DNA of 64,000 nt from Vulcanimicrobiota bacterium (GTDB lineage Bacteria > Vulcanimicrobiota > Vulcanimicrobiia > Vulcanimicrobiales > Vulcanimicrobiaceae): positions 512,001 to 576,000 of the forward strand of contig CAWCIZ010000002.1 in NCBI GenBank assembly GCA_963795855.1, given 5' to 3'. The notes below the pieces were generated by a model, which had not been told where the DNA came from, did no database searches, and saw nothing but the letters and a program-made list of their open reading frames with translations. Below, one piece after another: positions 51,705 to 60,150 of this stretch. Each line of letters opens with the position of its first letter. Within the stretch, counting starts at the first letter, position 1. Made by a program: the position numbers and the translations under genes.

Positions 51705-52949
51705 TTAGGCTACCGCGCCGCGATCCGCGCTCTCGGACGATGCAAGTTGCAGCGCGAAGCCTTCCTGAATGAGTTTGCGCACGACTTTGAGCGCATGCTC
51801 GTCCTTTGCGATAAGCGACGCCAGCTCCACGGAAGGCTTGGCTTCGAGTTCCCGAACGATGGACGCGGCATTCTTGCCGAACGTGAGGTTTTTTCCGGAA
51901 AACGCAATCTTGGTGCTTTGTTCGCCTTCGGTCATCTCGTAGAGCATGTTGGCACGCATCGCCACGACTGAATGTTCGTTCAGTTGCGGTAAATCGGCGA
52001 TTTGACGCATCTGCCCGTCTAAGCCGTTCGGACGCTCTTTGAAGAACGAGGACACGGCAGCGTCGAACGCGCCGTGGAGTCGTTCGGACGAGAACACGCT
52101 TTGCAAAACGGCGGCAAACTCCGGGTCCGCCAAGTCGTTGAAGTCGACGGTTCCGCGAAGACGCGGCTCCGCTTCCGCCGCCTTGGCGACTGCGTCGGCG
52201 AGAACGTGATACCACTTGTGCGGATAAAGGCCCAGAGTCACGTGCAGCGAGAGTTCTTCGTTCGCCTTGCCTTCGTGCAAGAATCCGCGCGGAATGTAAA
52301 GCAGGTCGCCCGGCTGCATCTCGATTTCGAGCTGCACGTCGCCGACCGCGTGGAGTTTTTTGTCGAAGAACCGGTCCTCGAGCGGCAGCTGCGAGGGCGC
52401 ATCGTAGACGCGCCAATGCTTGGAACCTTCAATCTGAATGATGATCGTGTCGTGCGTGTCATAGTGCATCGCGAAGCCCTGGTTGCCCGGGGGCGTCATG
52501 TAGACGTTGGCATTTACGCGATGCCGGAAGAACGACTCCATTTCGCGGCAGAGCGTCGCGATGGGCGGGGACATCTTTCCGACGGCATCGAGCACTAACG
52601 AGCAGCCGCCGCTGAACAGCGAACTGACGCGGTCGGGATCGATCAGATCGTATGACGGGGCTTTGCGGTTCTTGGGATCGGATTTGTTCACTTGCGCGTA
52701 CGTATCGATGCGCGCGGAAACACCGTCTTTGACGAGGCCGAGATCCTTGGCACGCACGATGCTGCCGTACAGGATTCGCTCGTACTCCTGCAGCGTGAAA
52801 TAGCGATCGTACCGGTTCGGCTCGTTCCGCGAAATGTGCAGCGGCGCGCGTTCGTAATAGCGCTGCCGGAAATCGTCCAGCGAATGCGGCGCGAGCAGCC
52901 ACGTCAGAACGGCGCGGTCGCGTGCGTTAGAACTCCACATAGTGCTCAT
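51705..52949 (-). CDS. JmjC (Cupin_4, RoxA/NO66-like) Fe/2OG oxygenase with C-terminal winged-helix/RRE-like domain
   Basis: NANVYMTP...GFAMHYDTHD...QIEGSKHW...PGDLLYIPRGFLH (HxD...H triad). Confidence 0.9.
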   Translation of the reverse strand: MSTMWSSNARDRAVLTWLLAPHSLDDFRQRYYERAPLHISRNEPNRYDRYFTLQEYERILYGSIVRAKDLGLVKDGVSARIDTYAQVNKSDPKNRKAPSYDLIDPDRVSSLFSGGCSLVLDAVGKMSPPIATLCREMESFFRHRVNANVYMTPPGNQGFAMHYDTHDTIIIQIEGSKHWRVYDAPSQLPLEDRFFDKKLHAVGDVQLEIEMQPGDLLYIPRGFLHEGKANEELSLHVTLGLYPHKWYHVLADAVAKAAEAEPRLRGTVDFNDLADPEFAAVLQSVFSSERLHGAFDAAVSSFFKERPNGLDGQMRQIADLPQLNEHSVVAMRANMLYEMTEGEQSTKIAFSGKNLTFGKNAASIVRELEAKPSVELASLIAKDEHALKVVRKLIQEGFALQLASSESADRGAVA

Positions 52950-53040
52950 GGTAATGCAGACGAGCCTTCGGGCAAAGCCGCTCGGGCATCATGCGATGCG
53001 GGTAGAACGTCTCACGGAATCGATGGGACGTGTTGCTCAG

Positions 53041-53089
53041 AAAAATTGGGAGGGGCGCCTCGACGGCGCCCCGACTCGGTTCCCCTCCC
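53041..53089 (-). terminator. GC-rich hairpin plus U-tract directly downstream of the precursor gene
   Basis: GGGGCGCC/GGCGCCCC stem nested with GGGAGGGG/CCCCTCCC, then AATTTTT on the minus strand. Confidence 0.65.
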
Positions 53090-53103
53090 GCAGAGATTCG
53101 CGA

Positions 53104-53274
53104 CTAGTAGTCGCCGTCCGGGAACACGGACTTCGGTCCGCCGAAGTCGCAGTGTGCGGAGTCATCTCCGAAGCCGGAGTTCGGGCTGCACGGGCTCGAT
53201 GCGAAACCCGTCGCTTCGCTCATGAGCGTGCTCATGTGATACGAAGTGACGATGTCAGGCTTGATATAGTCCAT
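53104..53274 (-). CDS. Candidate RiPP precursor peptide, 56 aa (not in ORF track)
   Basis: CAGGAG RBS; MDYIKPDIVTSYHMSTLMSEATG-FASSPCSPNSGFGDDSAHCDFGGPKSVFPDGDY*; YxxPx(I/L) leader motif. Confidence 0.8.
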   Translation of the reverse strand: MDYIKPDIVTSYHMSTLMSEATGFASSPCSPNSGFGDDSAHCDFGGPKSVFPDGDY

Positions 53275-53477
53275 TACAATCTCCTGGCGTAAGCATGCCG
53301 AGAAGTAGCCTTCACGGTCATATCGCTAGGCTACCGCGCGGGGCGGTCCCTTGAAAGTGCTCCGTGTATCAGCGCCGGGTGATGATTTACTTCCATGAGA
53401 ATTTGCTGAGAATCGCCGCAATGCGCAATAGGTACCCCGAAAGTCCCACACAGGCGTAGTACTGCAGGACGATATTT

Positions 53478-54647
53478 TCACGCCGCGACCGTACTGAAGA
53501 GCGGGCGGAACAGATCGAGGGTGTGAAGCCTGTGCCAATCGCGCCGTAACTCGGCCGACGTGGGCGCGCCTTCACCGCGGAGTGCCGGGCCTAAGAGCAG
53601 TGAAGGCCGCGTAATCGATGTTCCGAGATTGTGACGTGCAGCGAGCTCGTCGACCAAACCCAGCAATTTCGTCAGCGGCTCTTCCTGCGGGAACCGGCGC
53701 CGAATCAGGTCCTCAATCACCGTGCGGTCGGGTGCGCGAAGAAGCATAGCCAGCAGCAGACGCATTTCCGGCTGCTTCATGCTCTTCATCAGGCGGGTTA
53801 TCAGACGCTCGCGGTGCATTTCGCGGAACGCGCCGGCCGCCGTGCCGGCCAAGCGCGCATGCCGCCGCCGCAGCAAGGCCTGCAATTCGAGCGTTATCGC
53901 GGAGTGCAGTTCTTCGCTTGCCGCGACGCGGCAAGCCTGGTACGAATGCCACCAGTCGCCGCTTGCGACCGCCTTACGCGCGAGATCGGCGAAGAGGTAC
54001 GGGTGCGAGCGATACAGCGTGCGCATCAGTTGCAGGCGCCGCTGCGCCACGATGTCGCGCTCGACGGGGTCCCACGCCAGCCCGGGAGCGACGTAATTGA
54101 ACTGCGGCAGATGCGCGGGCTCGCTGTTGGTCCGAATTACGATGCTGACCGAAGGCGAATTCAAATGCAGCAACGCATGGATGAACGCGCCGCCGGCGTG
54201 GATGGACCGAAAGTCTCCGCGTCCGAGCACTTCCGCCGAGTCGAAGCGCAGGTCGCCGATGCAGAGTTCGCGGCAGAGCCGCTCCTCCGGCGCGAACGCG
54301 TACGTGCTGTGGAAGCTCGACCCGTGCAGTACCCCGAATACGCCTGAAAACGAGTGGTGGTGAATCGTCGTCGGCGAGTCCACCCAAAACAGGATCTCGA
54401 TGTAGAACCCGCGGCCGACATATGCGCGGATTGGGGGCTGGCCGAACTTACTCAATTTCTGGTCCGGAAGATCGAGAGCAGTCATGAACCATTCGACGAC
54501 GTCTTCGAACCGCACGCGATCGAAAACGCCGGAGTCGCCGAGCGCGTTCGTGGCGATCTCCGGAAAGGCCGCCGGATCGCAGTCTGCACCATCCCAGCGC
54601 GACTGAATCTGCTCGCCGAGCTTTTGAAAGAGCTGCATTGCCTCCAT
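53478..54647 (-). CDS. Cupin-fold metalloprotein (cysteine-dioxygenase-like His pattern) with helical C-terminal domain
   Basis: PTTIHHHSFSGVFGVLHGSS...GAFIHALLH...SVSIVIRT. Confidence 0.65.
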   Translation of the reverse strand: MEAMQLFQKLGEQIQSRWDGADCDPAAFPEIATNALGDSGVFDRVRFEDVVEWFMTALDLPDQKLSKFGQPPIRAYVGRGFYIEILFWVDSPTTIHHHSFSGVFGVLHGSSFHSTYAFAPEERLCRELCIGDLRFDSAEVLGRGDFRSIHAGGAFIHALLHLNSPSVSIVIRTNSEPAHLPQFNYVAPGLAWDPVERDIVAQRRLQLMRTLYRSHPYLFADLARKAVASGDWWHSYQACRVAASEELHSAITLELQALLRRRHARLAGTAAGAFREMHRERLITRLMKSMKQPEMRLLLAMLLRAPDRTVIEDLIRRRFPQEEPLTKLLGLVDELAARHNLGTSITRPSLLLGPALRGEGAPTSAELRRDWHRLHTLDLFRPLFSTVAA

Positions 54648-54773
54648 CCGCCAAGCGTACTGCTAAGGCGGCGCCGGCCGACGTTCCATCTGCTCTACGC
54701 GTCTATGGGTCGGCCAACCCATTTCAGGCTTTTTGGAAAGGGCAAGCGGGGCGGGCGTAAAGAAACGCGTGCC

Positions 54774-55421
54774 ATGGAACCGGACTGGCTTGCATGGCAC
54801 CGCGAGTATCGCGATCCCTCGACGAAACTTTCGGAGCGCCTGCAAATCGTGCAGCAGCGCATTCGCGAGACGGTCGACGCCGCGCAATCGCCGCAAATTC
54901 GCATCATCAGCATTTGTGCGGGACAGGGGCACGACGTCCTCGGCGCGCTCGCCGAGCATCCTCGCGCCGATGCGGTTCGAGCACGCCTGGTCGAGATCGA
55001 TTCGCGCAGCGTCGAGATGGGCCGCGTGGCGGCGGAGACGCTGCAACTGCCGGGCGTGGAATTCATCTGCGGCGATGCTTCGGTTACCGATGCGTACGCG
55101 GGCGCCGTTCCGGCGCAACTGGTCGTGTGCTGCGGCGTGTTCGGGAACATCTCGCTGGACGACGTGCGCCGGGCCATCCTGCATTTTCCGCAGCTTTGCG
55201 CGCAAGACGGTATCGTGATTTGGACGCGGCATCGTCGCGATCCCGACGTCACGCCGGAGATTCGGCAGCTCTTCACCGGCAACGGATTCAGCGAAGTCTC
55301 GTACGACGAAACGGAACGGTTCGGCGTCGGCGTCGAACGGCTGACCGATTCGCCGCAGCCGTTCAAAGCGGGGCAGCGTCTCTTTCAGTTCGGCAGCGGG
55401 CTTTGGGCCAATCGCGCGTAA
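54774..55421 (+). CDS. Class I SAM-dependent methyltransferase
   Basis: IISICAGQGHD, LVEID, CGDAS, CGVFGNI. Confidence 0.8.
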   Translation: MEPDWLAWHREYRDPSTKLSERLQIVQQRIRETVDAAQSPQIRIISICAGQGHDVLGALAEHPRADAVRARLVEIDSRSVEMGRVAAETLQLPGVEFICGDASVTDAYAGAVPAQLVVCCGVFGNISLDDVRRAILHFPQLCAQDGIVIWTRHRRDPDVTPEIRQLFTGNGFSEVSYDETERFGVGVERLTDSPQPFKAGQRLFQFGSGLWANRA

Positions 55422-56314
55422 GCGAGATGTGCGAATCCGTATTCCTCACGTGAAATGCGGGCGGCGTGCAGGCTAGCGCGATCGGACGAACGGGTGAAGA
55501 TGCTTGCGCCGGTCGGATCTTTCGAATAGCGCGAAAAACACCGTTCGACTTCTTCTCGGTCGACGTCTTCGGGGGCGATGCCGAGTTTCGGCAATAACTC
55601 GAAGACCGCGGCCGGATTCAGCGTGTCATAGTCGATGCAGAGCGTGCCGGGCGTGCTCATGGCGGCGGTACATTGCCACTCGAACACATCCGACCAGAAC
55701 CGGCTCGGCGAGGGATTCCAGCGCTCGGGTTTGCTCATGAGCCGGCGCATCAGCGGCACGCAGGCCGCGCGCGCCTCTTCGGAAACCTCGGCGAGTTTCG
55801 AGCCGATCACCGCTTGCGGATCGCGATAGAGAAATACGAATTGCGCGCTCGGGAATATGCCGCGCAAGGCCGGCAGAAACATCGACGCGAGATTCATGAA
55901 CTTGACGAACAGATACCGCTTCGGTGGCCCGTTCGCCGCGCAGGCGTTAATCGCGCCTCGCAACAGTTCCGCGTCGATGGGCGGCGCTAGCGCCTGCTCC
56001 AGCCGCGTCAGGGGCGGTTCCGCGAGCACCATCGCTTGCGAGACCGCTTTGAGCGCGTTCGCAAGCAGCGTCGAACCGCAATGGGAGACGTGAAAGACGA
56101 ACGTCAGCGGCACGTGCGGCGATAGTTGCGCGAAGCGGCGCAACGCGTCCCCATCAGTGACCAGTTCTTCGCAGCCGCTCTCGCTCAGCCGAGCCAAGGT
56201 TTGCCAGAAGAACGGTTCCGGCACGTCGATGTGCGGGAAACGCATCCACGTCACGCGCCGGCGCGGTCTGGCTCCGTCGATCCAGACGGGAACGAACTCC
56301 CGCGGAACGTTCAC
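55385..56314 (-). CDS. Sulfotransferase-fold (P-loop) protein, paralogue 2
   Basis: FVFHVSHCGSTLL 5'-PSB-like loop, LAEP, FLYRDPQAVIGS 3'-PB motif, YSKD. Confidence 0.7.
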   Translation of the reverse strand: MNVPREFVPVWIDGARPRRRVTWMRFPHIDVPEPFFWQTLARLSESGCEELVTDGDALRRFAQLSPHVPLTFVFHVSHCGSTLLANALKAVSQAMVLAEPPLTRLEQALAPPIDAELLRGAINACAANGPPKRYLFVKFMNLASMFLPALRGIFPSAQFVFLYRDPQAVIGSKLAEVSEEARAACVPLMRRLMSKPERWNPSPSRFWSDVFEWQCTAAMSTPGTLCIDYDTLNPAAVFELLPKLGIAPEDVDREEVERCFSRYSKDPTGASIFTRSSDRASLHAARISREEYGFAHLAYARLAQSPLPN

Positions 56315-57288
56315 GCCCGCTGCAGTTCCCTCGAGAGCGCGTCGATGCGAGAATACGCGGCTTGCGCAGCTTCATCACGCCGCGTTGCGTCGTGCGATTC
56401 CGAGCCGAACTGCCGCGCTCCGGGGACGTCTTTGGAGTACCAGCGGAACGCTTCGCGCATCAGCGTGGCGTTGAGGTCATCTTCACGAACGCCCGCGAGC
56501 GCGAGCAGTTCGACCGCGCGTTCCGGCGTGAGATCGCGATAATTCGCGCACACCACGTCGCGCGTCAACATCGCCGCCGTGCATTCGGCTTCGAACACGG
56601 TGGACCAGCATTGCGCCGCCGAAGGATTCCAATCGTCGGGTTTGCCGAGCGCGTAGCGGATGAGCGGCATGCGCGATTGGCGCACGGCCTCGCTGACCGC
56701 ATCCTGCAGTTTCGGAATCACTTCCGCGGGATCGCGATAGAGAAAAAGAAACGGACTGTCCGGGAACAGCTCGCGAAACCGCAGCAAAAACAGGCTGGCG
56801 AGATTCATGAGTTTGATGAAGACGTAGCGCTTTGGCGGGCCGCCGTTTGCGAGCGAATTCACGGCCCCGCGAATGAGCGCGCCATGCAGATCTTCGCTGA
56901 ACGGTACGCCGGTTTGCGGGTCGCGCAAGCGCCGCAGCAACTGGCGCGGACCCAGTATCGGCGGCTCGGAAATGACGCGCGCGCCGCTTACGGTTTTGCA
57001 GGCGTTCGCGAAGAGCGTCGACCCGCAGTGCGAAACGTGAAAGATGAACGCAACCGGTGCCGCGGCGGTTTGGATGCCGCACCGCGCGAGGACGTCCGCA
57101 TCGGTGAACCGTTCGGGCTCGCTCGTGCTGATGCGCTCGATGGTTTGGCGGAACGAGGGTTCTGCGGTGCTGAAGGTGTCGTAGGGAAGCCAGCCGACCC
57201 GCAGTTGCGGGCCGTGGCGGAGAAATGATGACGCAAAACAGTCACGCATATACAAGTCGAGCATACTAGGCGGCGCGAAGGGCGTCAC
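56311..57288 (-). CDS. Sulfotransferase-fold (P-loop) protein, paralogue 1
   Basis: FIFHVSHCGSTLF, ISEP, FLYRDPAEVI, YSKD; GTGA overlap with paralogue 2. Confidence 0.7.
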   Translation of the reverse strand: MTPFAPPSMLDLYMRDCFASSFLRHGPQLRVGWLPYDTFSTAEPSFRQTIERISTSEPERFTDADVLARCGIQTAAAPVAFIFHVSHCGSTLFANACKTVSGARVISEPPILGPRQLLRRLRDPQTGVPFSEDLHGALIRGAVNSLANGGPPKRYVFIKLMNLASLFLLRFRELFPDSPFLFLYRDPAEVIPKLQDAVSEAVRQSRMPLIRYALGKPDDWNPSAAQCWSTVFEAECTAAMLTRDVVCANYRDLTPERAVELLALAGVREDDLNATLMREAFRWYSKDVPGARQFGSESHDATRRDEAAQAAYSRIDALSRELQRA

Positions 57289-57310
57289 TCCTACAATGGC
57301 CTAGTCGGCC

Positions 57311-58921
57311 ATGAGCAGAGCGCACTATACCGTGCGGCCGGGCGGTGTCCGGCGCGGCGGGTGTTCCGGCGCGTGGACGGCGAAGAGACGCACCATACGC
57401 CGTTATTTTGCGCTCGTCACGATCCTGCTGCTCGCGGCAGCGTTGCGCTGCTATCATCTCGCGAGCGTGCCGACCGAACTGATCGTCGACGAGATCGACT
57501 TGTACAACTCGGTGAGCAGCATCGTTGCGACGGGGCACGACGTGGACGGTACGCTGCAGCCGTTCCTGTACTCGCAGTTTACGCGAAATCCGCCCGTGTA
57601 TGGTATCGCGTCTTACGCTTCGAGCCGCGTGCTCGGCAAGAACGCGTTCGGACTTCGCTTCCCGGCGGTGCTGTTCGGGCTTGCTGCGATCGTCTTCGTC
57701 TTTTTGCTCGTCCAGGAGATAACCCGGCGAGACGCCGTGGCGCTGCTGGCGGCGCTGTTCGTCGCGGTTGCGCCGATCTTCGTCCAATTCTCGCGCATCG
57801 GCTGGGAACCGGCCGCGGAGCTGCCGTTTCTGCTTGCCGGGTTGTATCTGCTTATGCGCGGCATTCGGCTTTCCGGGTCGAACTACGCGTTCTCCGCTAT
57901 AGCGTTGGCGATCGCGTGCTATACGTACATGACGGGGTGGTTTTACGCCGTCATTCTCGCGGGCAGCGCGCTGGCGATTCACTGGAAGAGCTTTCGTTCG
58001 TGGAAGTCCGCGCAGCCGCTACTCGGCGCGCTGGTGCTTTGGGCCGCACTTGCGGCGCCGGCGCTGTGGATGTGTTTTTTCGATCCGCTGACGGCGTCAA
58101 AGGTCTCGCGCGTATCGACGTTCTCGCACGGCGTAACGTTGGATGCACTTAAGGTCTTCATGCACAACTATGCAGCGCACTTTAGTCTTTCGTACCTCGT
58201 CGTCAACGGTGCGGCTGAGGCCGGTTCGACGTGGCGATATTTGAACGGGTTCGGTGCGTTTTATTGGTGGATTATTCCGCTTGCGGCCGCCGGGCTCGTC
58301 GCGACCTGGAGCGGTGCGTTTGACAAGCGCGTTCGCGCGTGGCTGATCGTATGGCTGCTCGCATATCCGCTTGCCGGCGCAGTGACGAACGACGGCGTGC
58401 CGAATGCGCCGCGAACGCTCGCCGGCGCTCCCGTCTTCTGTATCTTTGCCGCAATCGGCGCGTTCGATCTATACGCGTGGATTTCTACGTCCGTCGCGAA
58501 GTCGCGCCGAGTCTTGCAAATCGTTGGAGCCGCCGTACTGCTCCTGTCCGTGTTTCGGTTTTCGGCCAACTATTTCGTTTACTACGTGCACCGCAATTCA
58601 AACGCATGGGACTCGGGCACGCGCTCGATGTTCGCCGCGATCGAACGTTACCGCAGCCGTTACGAACGCGTGTGCATCTCCGTGTGGCCGGCGTGGTACG
58701 GAATCGAGTCCTACTTGCGGTTTTACATGCCGGGCGACGATGGCGTCATCACCTCGATTTCTGCGCCGGCGTGTTATTTGCCGGGGACGCTGCTGGTGAC
58801 GGACAACGATCAGCACGTTTCCCGGCATGGCTTTACGCCGCTGACCACGATTCGGGACGTAAACGGGGCAGGTTTTGCGCATATCAGCGGGCGTTCAGTC
58901 GAGTTTGCGCAGCACCGCTGA
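57311..58921 (+). CDS. ArnT/PMT-like (GT-C, GT39/83) membrane glycosyltransferase
   Basis: DE motif after first TM, NPPVY, RFPAVLFG, many TM segments. Confidence 0.82.
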   Translation: MSRAHYTVRPGGVRRGGCSGAWTAKRRTIRRYFALVTILLLAAALRCYHLASVPTELIVDEIDLYNSVSSIVATGHDVDGTLQPFLYSQFTRNPPVYGIASYASSRVLGKNAFGLRFPAVLFGLAAIVFVFLLVQEITRRDAVALLAALFVAVAPIFVQFSRIGWEPAAELPFLLAGLYLLMRGIRLSGSNYAFSAIALAIACYTYMTGWFYAVILAGSALAIHWKSFRSWKSAQPLLGALVLWAALAAPALWMCFFDPLTASKVSRVSTFSHGVTLDALKVFMHNYAAHFSLSYLVVNGAAEAGSTWRYLNGFGAFYWWIIPLAAAGLVATWSGAFDKRVRAWLIVWLLAYPLAGAVTNDGVPNAPRTLAGAPVFCIFAAIGAFDLYAWISTSVAKSRRVLQIVGAAVLLLSVFRFSANYFVYYVHRNSNAWDSGTRSMFAAIERYRSRYERVCISVWPAWYGIESYLRFYMPGDDGVITSISAPACYLPGTLLVTDNDQHVSRHGFTPLTTIRDVNGAGFAHISGRSVEFAQHR

Positions 58922-59269
58922 GATTTCGGTTTTGGAATAGCCGCGGTGCCGCAGCTTCGTAACGAACCCTTCGACGTCGCGCCGTAGAAGCAGCGCACGC
59001 GACTGCGCATCGTCGGCGGGCGTCGATTGCGCAACGCGAGTTCCGCGGCGGCCGTCGCTGGTCAGCCAACCTGTACCTTGCAAATCGCCGTACGCGCGTG
59101 CGACGGTGTTGGGTGCGACGCCGAGGTCGTTCGCGAGTTGCCGCACCGTCGGCAATGCGTCACCCGCGTGGAGCTCGCCACGCTCGATGAAGGCGCGCAG
59201 CTGATCCGCAATCTGTTGAAACGGAGGCATATCGATCTCCGGGTCCACGGAGAGGACCAAACGGCTCAC
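58895..59269 (-). CDS. GntR (YtrA-subfamily) transcriptional regulator
   Basis: PPFQQIADQL...GDALPTVRQLANDLGVAPNTVARAY...GRRGT. Confidence 0.9.
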   Translation of the reverse strand: MSRLVLSVDPEIDMPPFQQIADQLRAFIERGELHAGDALPTVRQLANDLGVAPNTVARAYGDLQGTGWLTSDGRRGTRVAQSTPADDAQSRALLLRRDVEGFVTKLRHRGYSKTEISAVLRKLD

Positions 59270-60039
59270 AGCGCGAGCGGCGCGCGCGATAGGCGACGCG
59301 AATAAAGCGATTGCCACAACCAGATGCCCGCCCAGACGACGACCGCCCCAAGGATGATTCCGATGCGAACGCGATTGACGCTCGGCGGCCCTTCCACGAA
59401 GCTCGCGAAAACGAAAACGGTGCCGACCGCAAGCACGCACGTAAGCCCGGTGCGCGTTGCGCGCGTCGCACGATCGACATTCTGCTCCGCTTCGAGATCG
59501 TCGCCGAACAGCAGCGGCGGAGCGCTCGCGATACGCCATGCCACAAACGCCATCGCGGCAACGCACAGCGCCACGACGATCGCCGATAAACGATCCGATC
59601 CGCTGACGACGTAGGGAAAGAGGAAGAACGCCGACGCCGCGGTTAGCGCAATCCACGTCAATAGAACGTAATCCACGCCGCGCGAACGTCCAAGCACCGC
59701 TGCGCGCCGCCTGGGTGCGCGCTCTTCTGAAATCTGATCTGCAACCGCGCGCGTCACCATCGCCAAGCACAGAACGGCGTACGCGACCGCCGCGGGGATG
59801 AGATGCGCCAGTAAGCACCCTGCAGTCGCAAATGCGACGCAGGCAACCGCATAGCGCGGAAAAGCCGCGGTGCGCGTTCGCGCATGATCGGCACGCTGCA
59901 GGCGTTGCTGCGTACGAACTCCCGCCGGCGGTTCGCAGGCAGCTGCACCATCCGCAGAGCGCGCGGCCAGCGCCGACCGAAGGTACACAATGCCGCACAG
60001 CAGCGCAAATGCGCAAACTACCGCGCTTTCCAAGTCCAT
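59266..60039 (-). CDS. Membrane protein co-transcribed with GntR
   Basis: AGGAG RBS, several TM helices, GTGA overlap with GntR. Confidence 0.7.
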   Translation of the reverse strand: MDLESAVVCAFALLCGIVYLRSALAARSADGAAACEPPAGVRTQQRLQRADHARTRTAAFPRYAVACVAFATAGCLLAHLIPAAVAYAVLCLAMVTRAVADQISEERAPRRRAAVLGRSRGVDYVLLTWIALTAASAFFLFPYVVSGSDRLSAIVVALCVAAMAFVAWRIASAPPLLFGDDLEAEQNVDRATRATRTGLTCVLAVGTVFVFASFVEGPPSVNRVRIGIILGAVVVWAGIWLWQSLYSRRLSRAPLAL

Positions 60040-60055
60040 ATTTGCGGATGCTCCT

Positions 60056-60106
60056 TTGTATCAACAGCATAACACAATGGGCGTTCGTGTCAAGCCCCTG
60101 ATACAA
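60056..60106. promoter_or_regulatory. Two tandem YtrA/GntR-like operator palindromes
   Basis: TTGTATCA-N6-TAACACAA (60056-60077) and TCGTGTCA-N6-TGATACAA (60085-60106). Confidence 0.6.
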
Positions 60107-60150
60107 ACGGGCGCGCCGGCGATGTCGCTATGCGTGGGTATATGCGGCAC

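Noticed and set aside
53104..53274. Lasso peptide assignment for the precursor
   Set aside because: The leader resembles lasso leaders, but there is no lasso cyclase (asparagine-synthetase-like) or B2 transglutaminase-like peptidase in the window.
51706..53339. 13-bp direct repeat TAGGCTACCGCGC at 51706-51718 and 53327-53339 flanking precursor plus JmjC
   Set aside because: One copy is coding, the other may be a -10-like TAGCCT element, and no integrase or transposase is present; it cannot be distinguished from chance.
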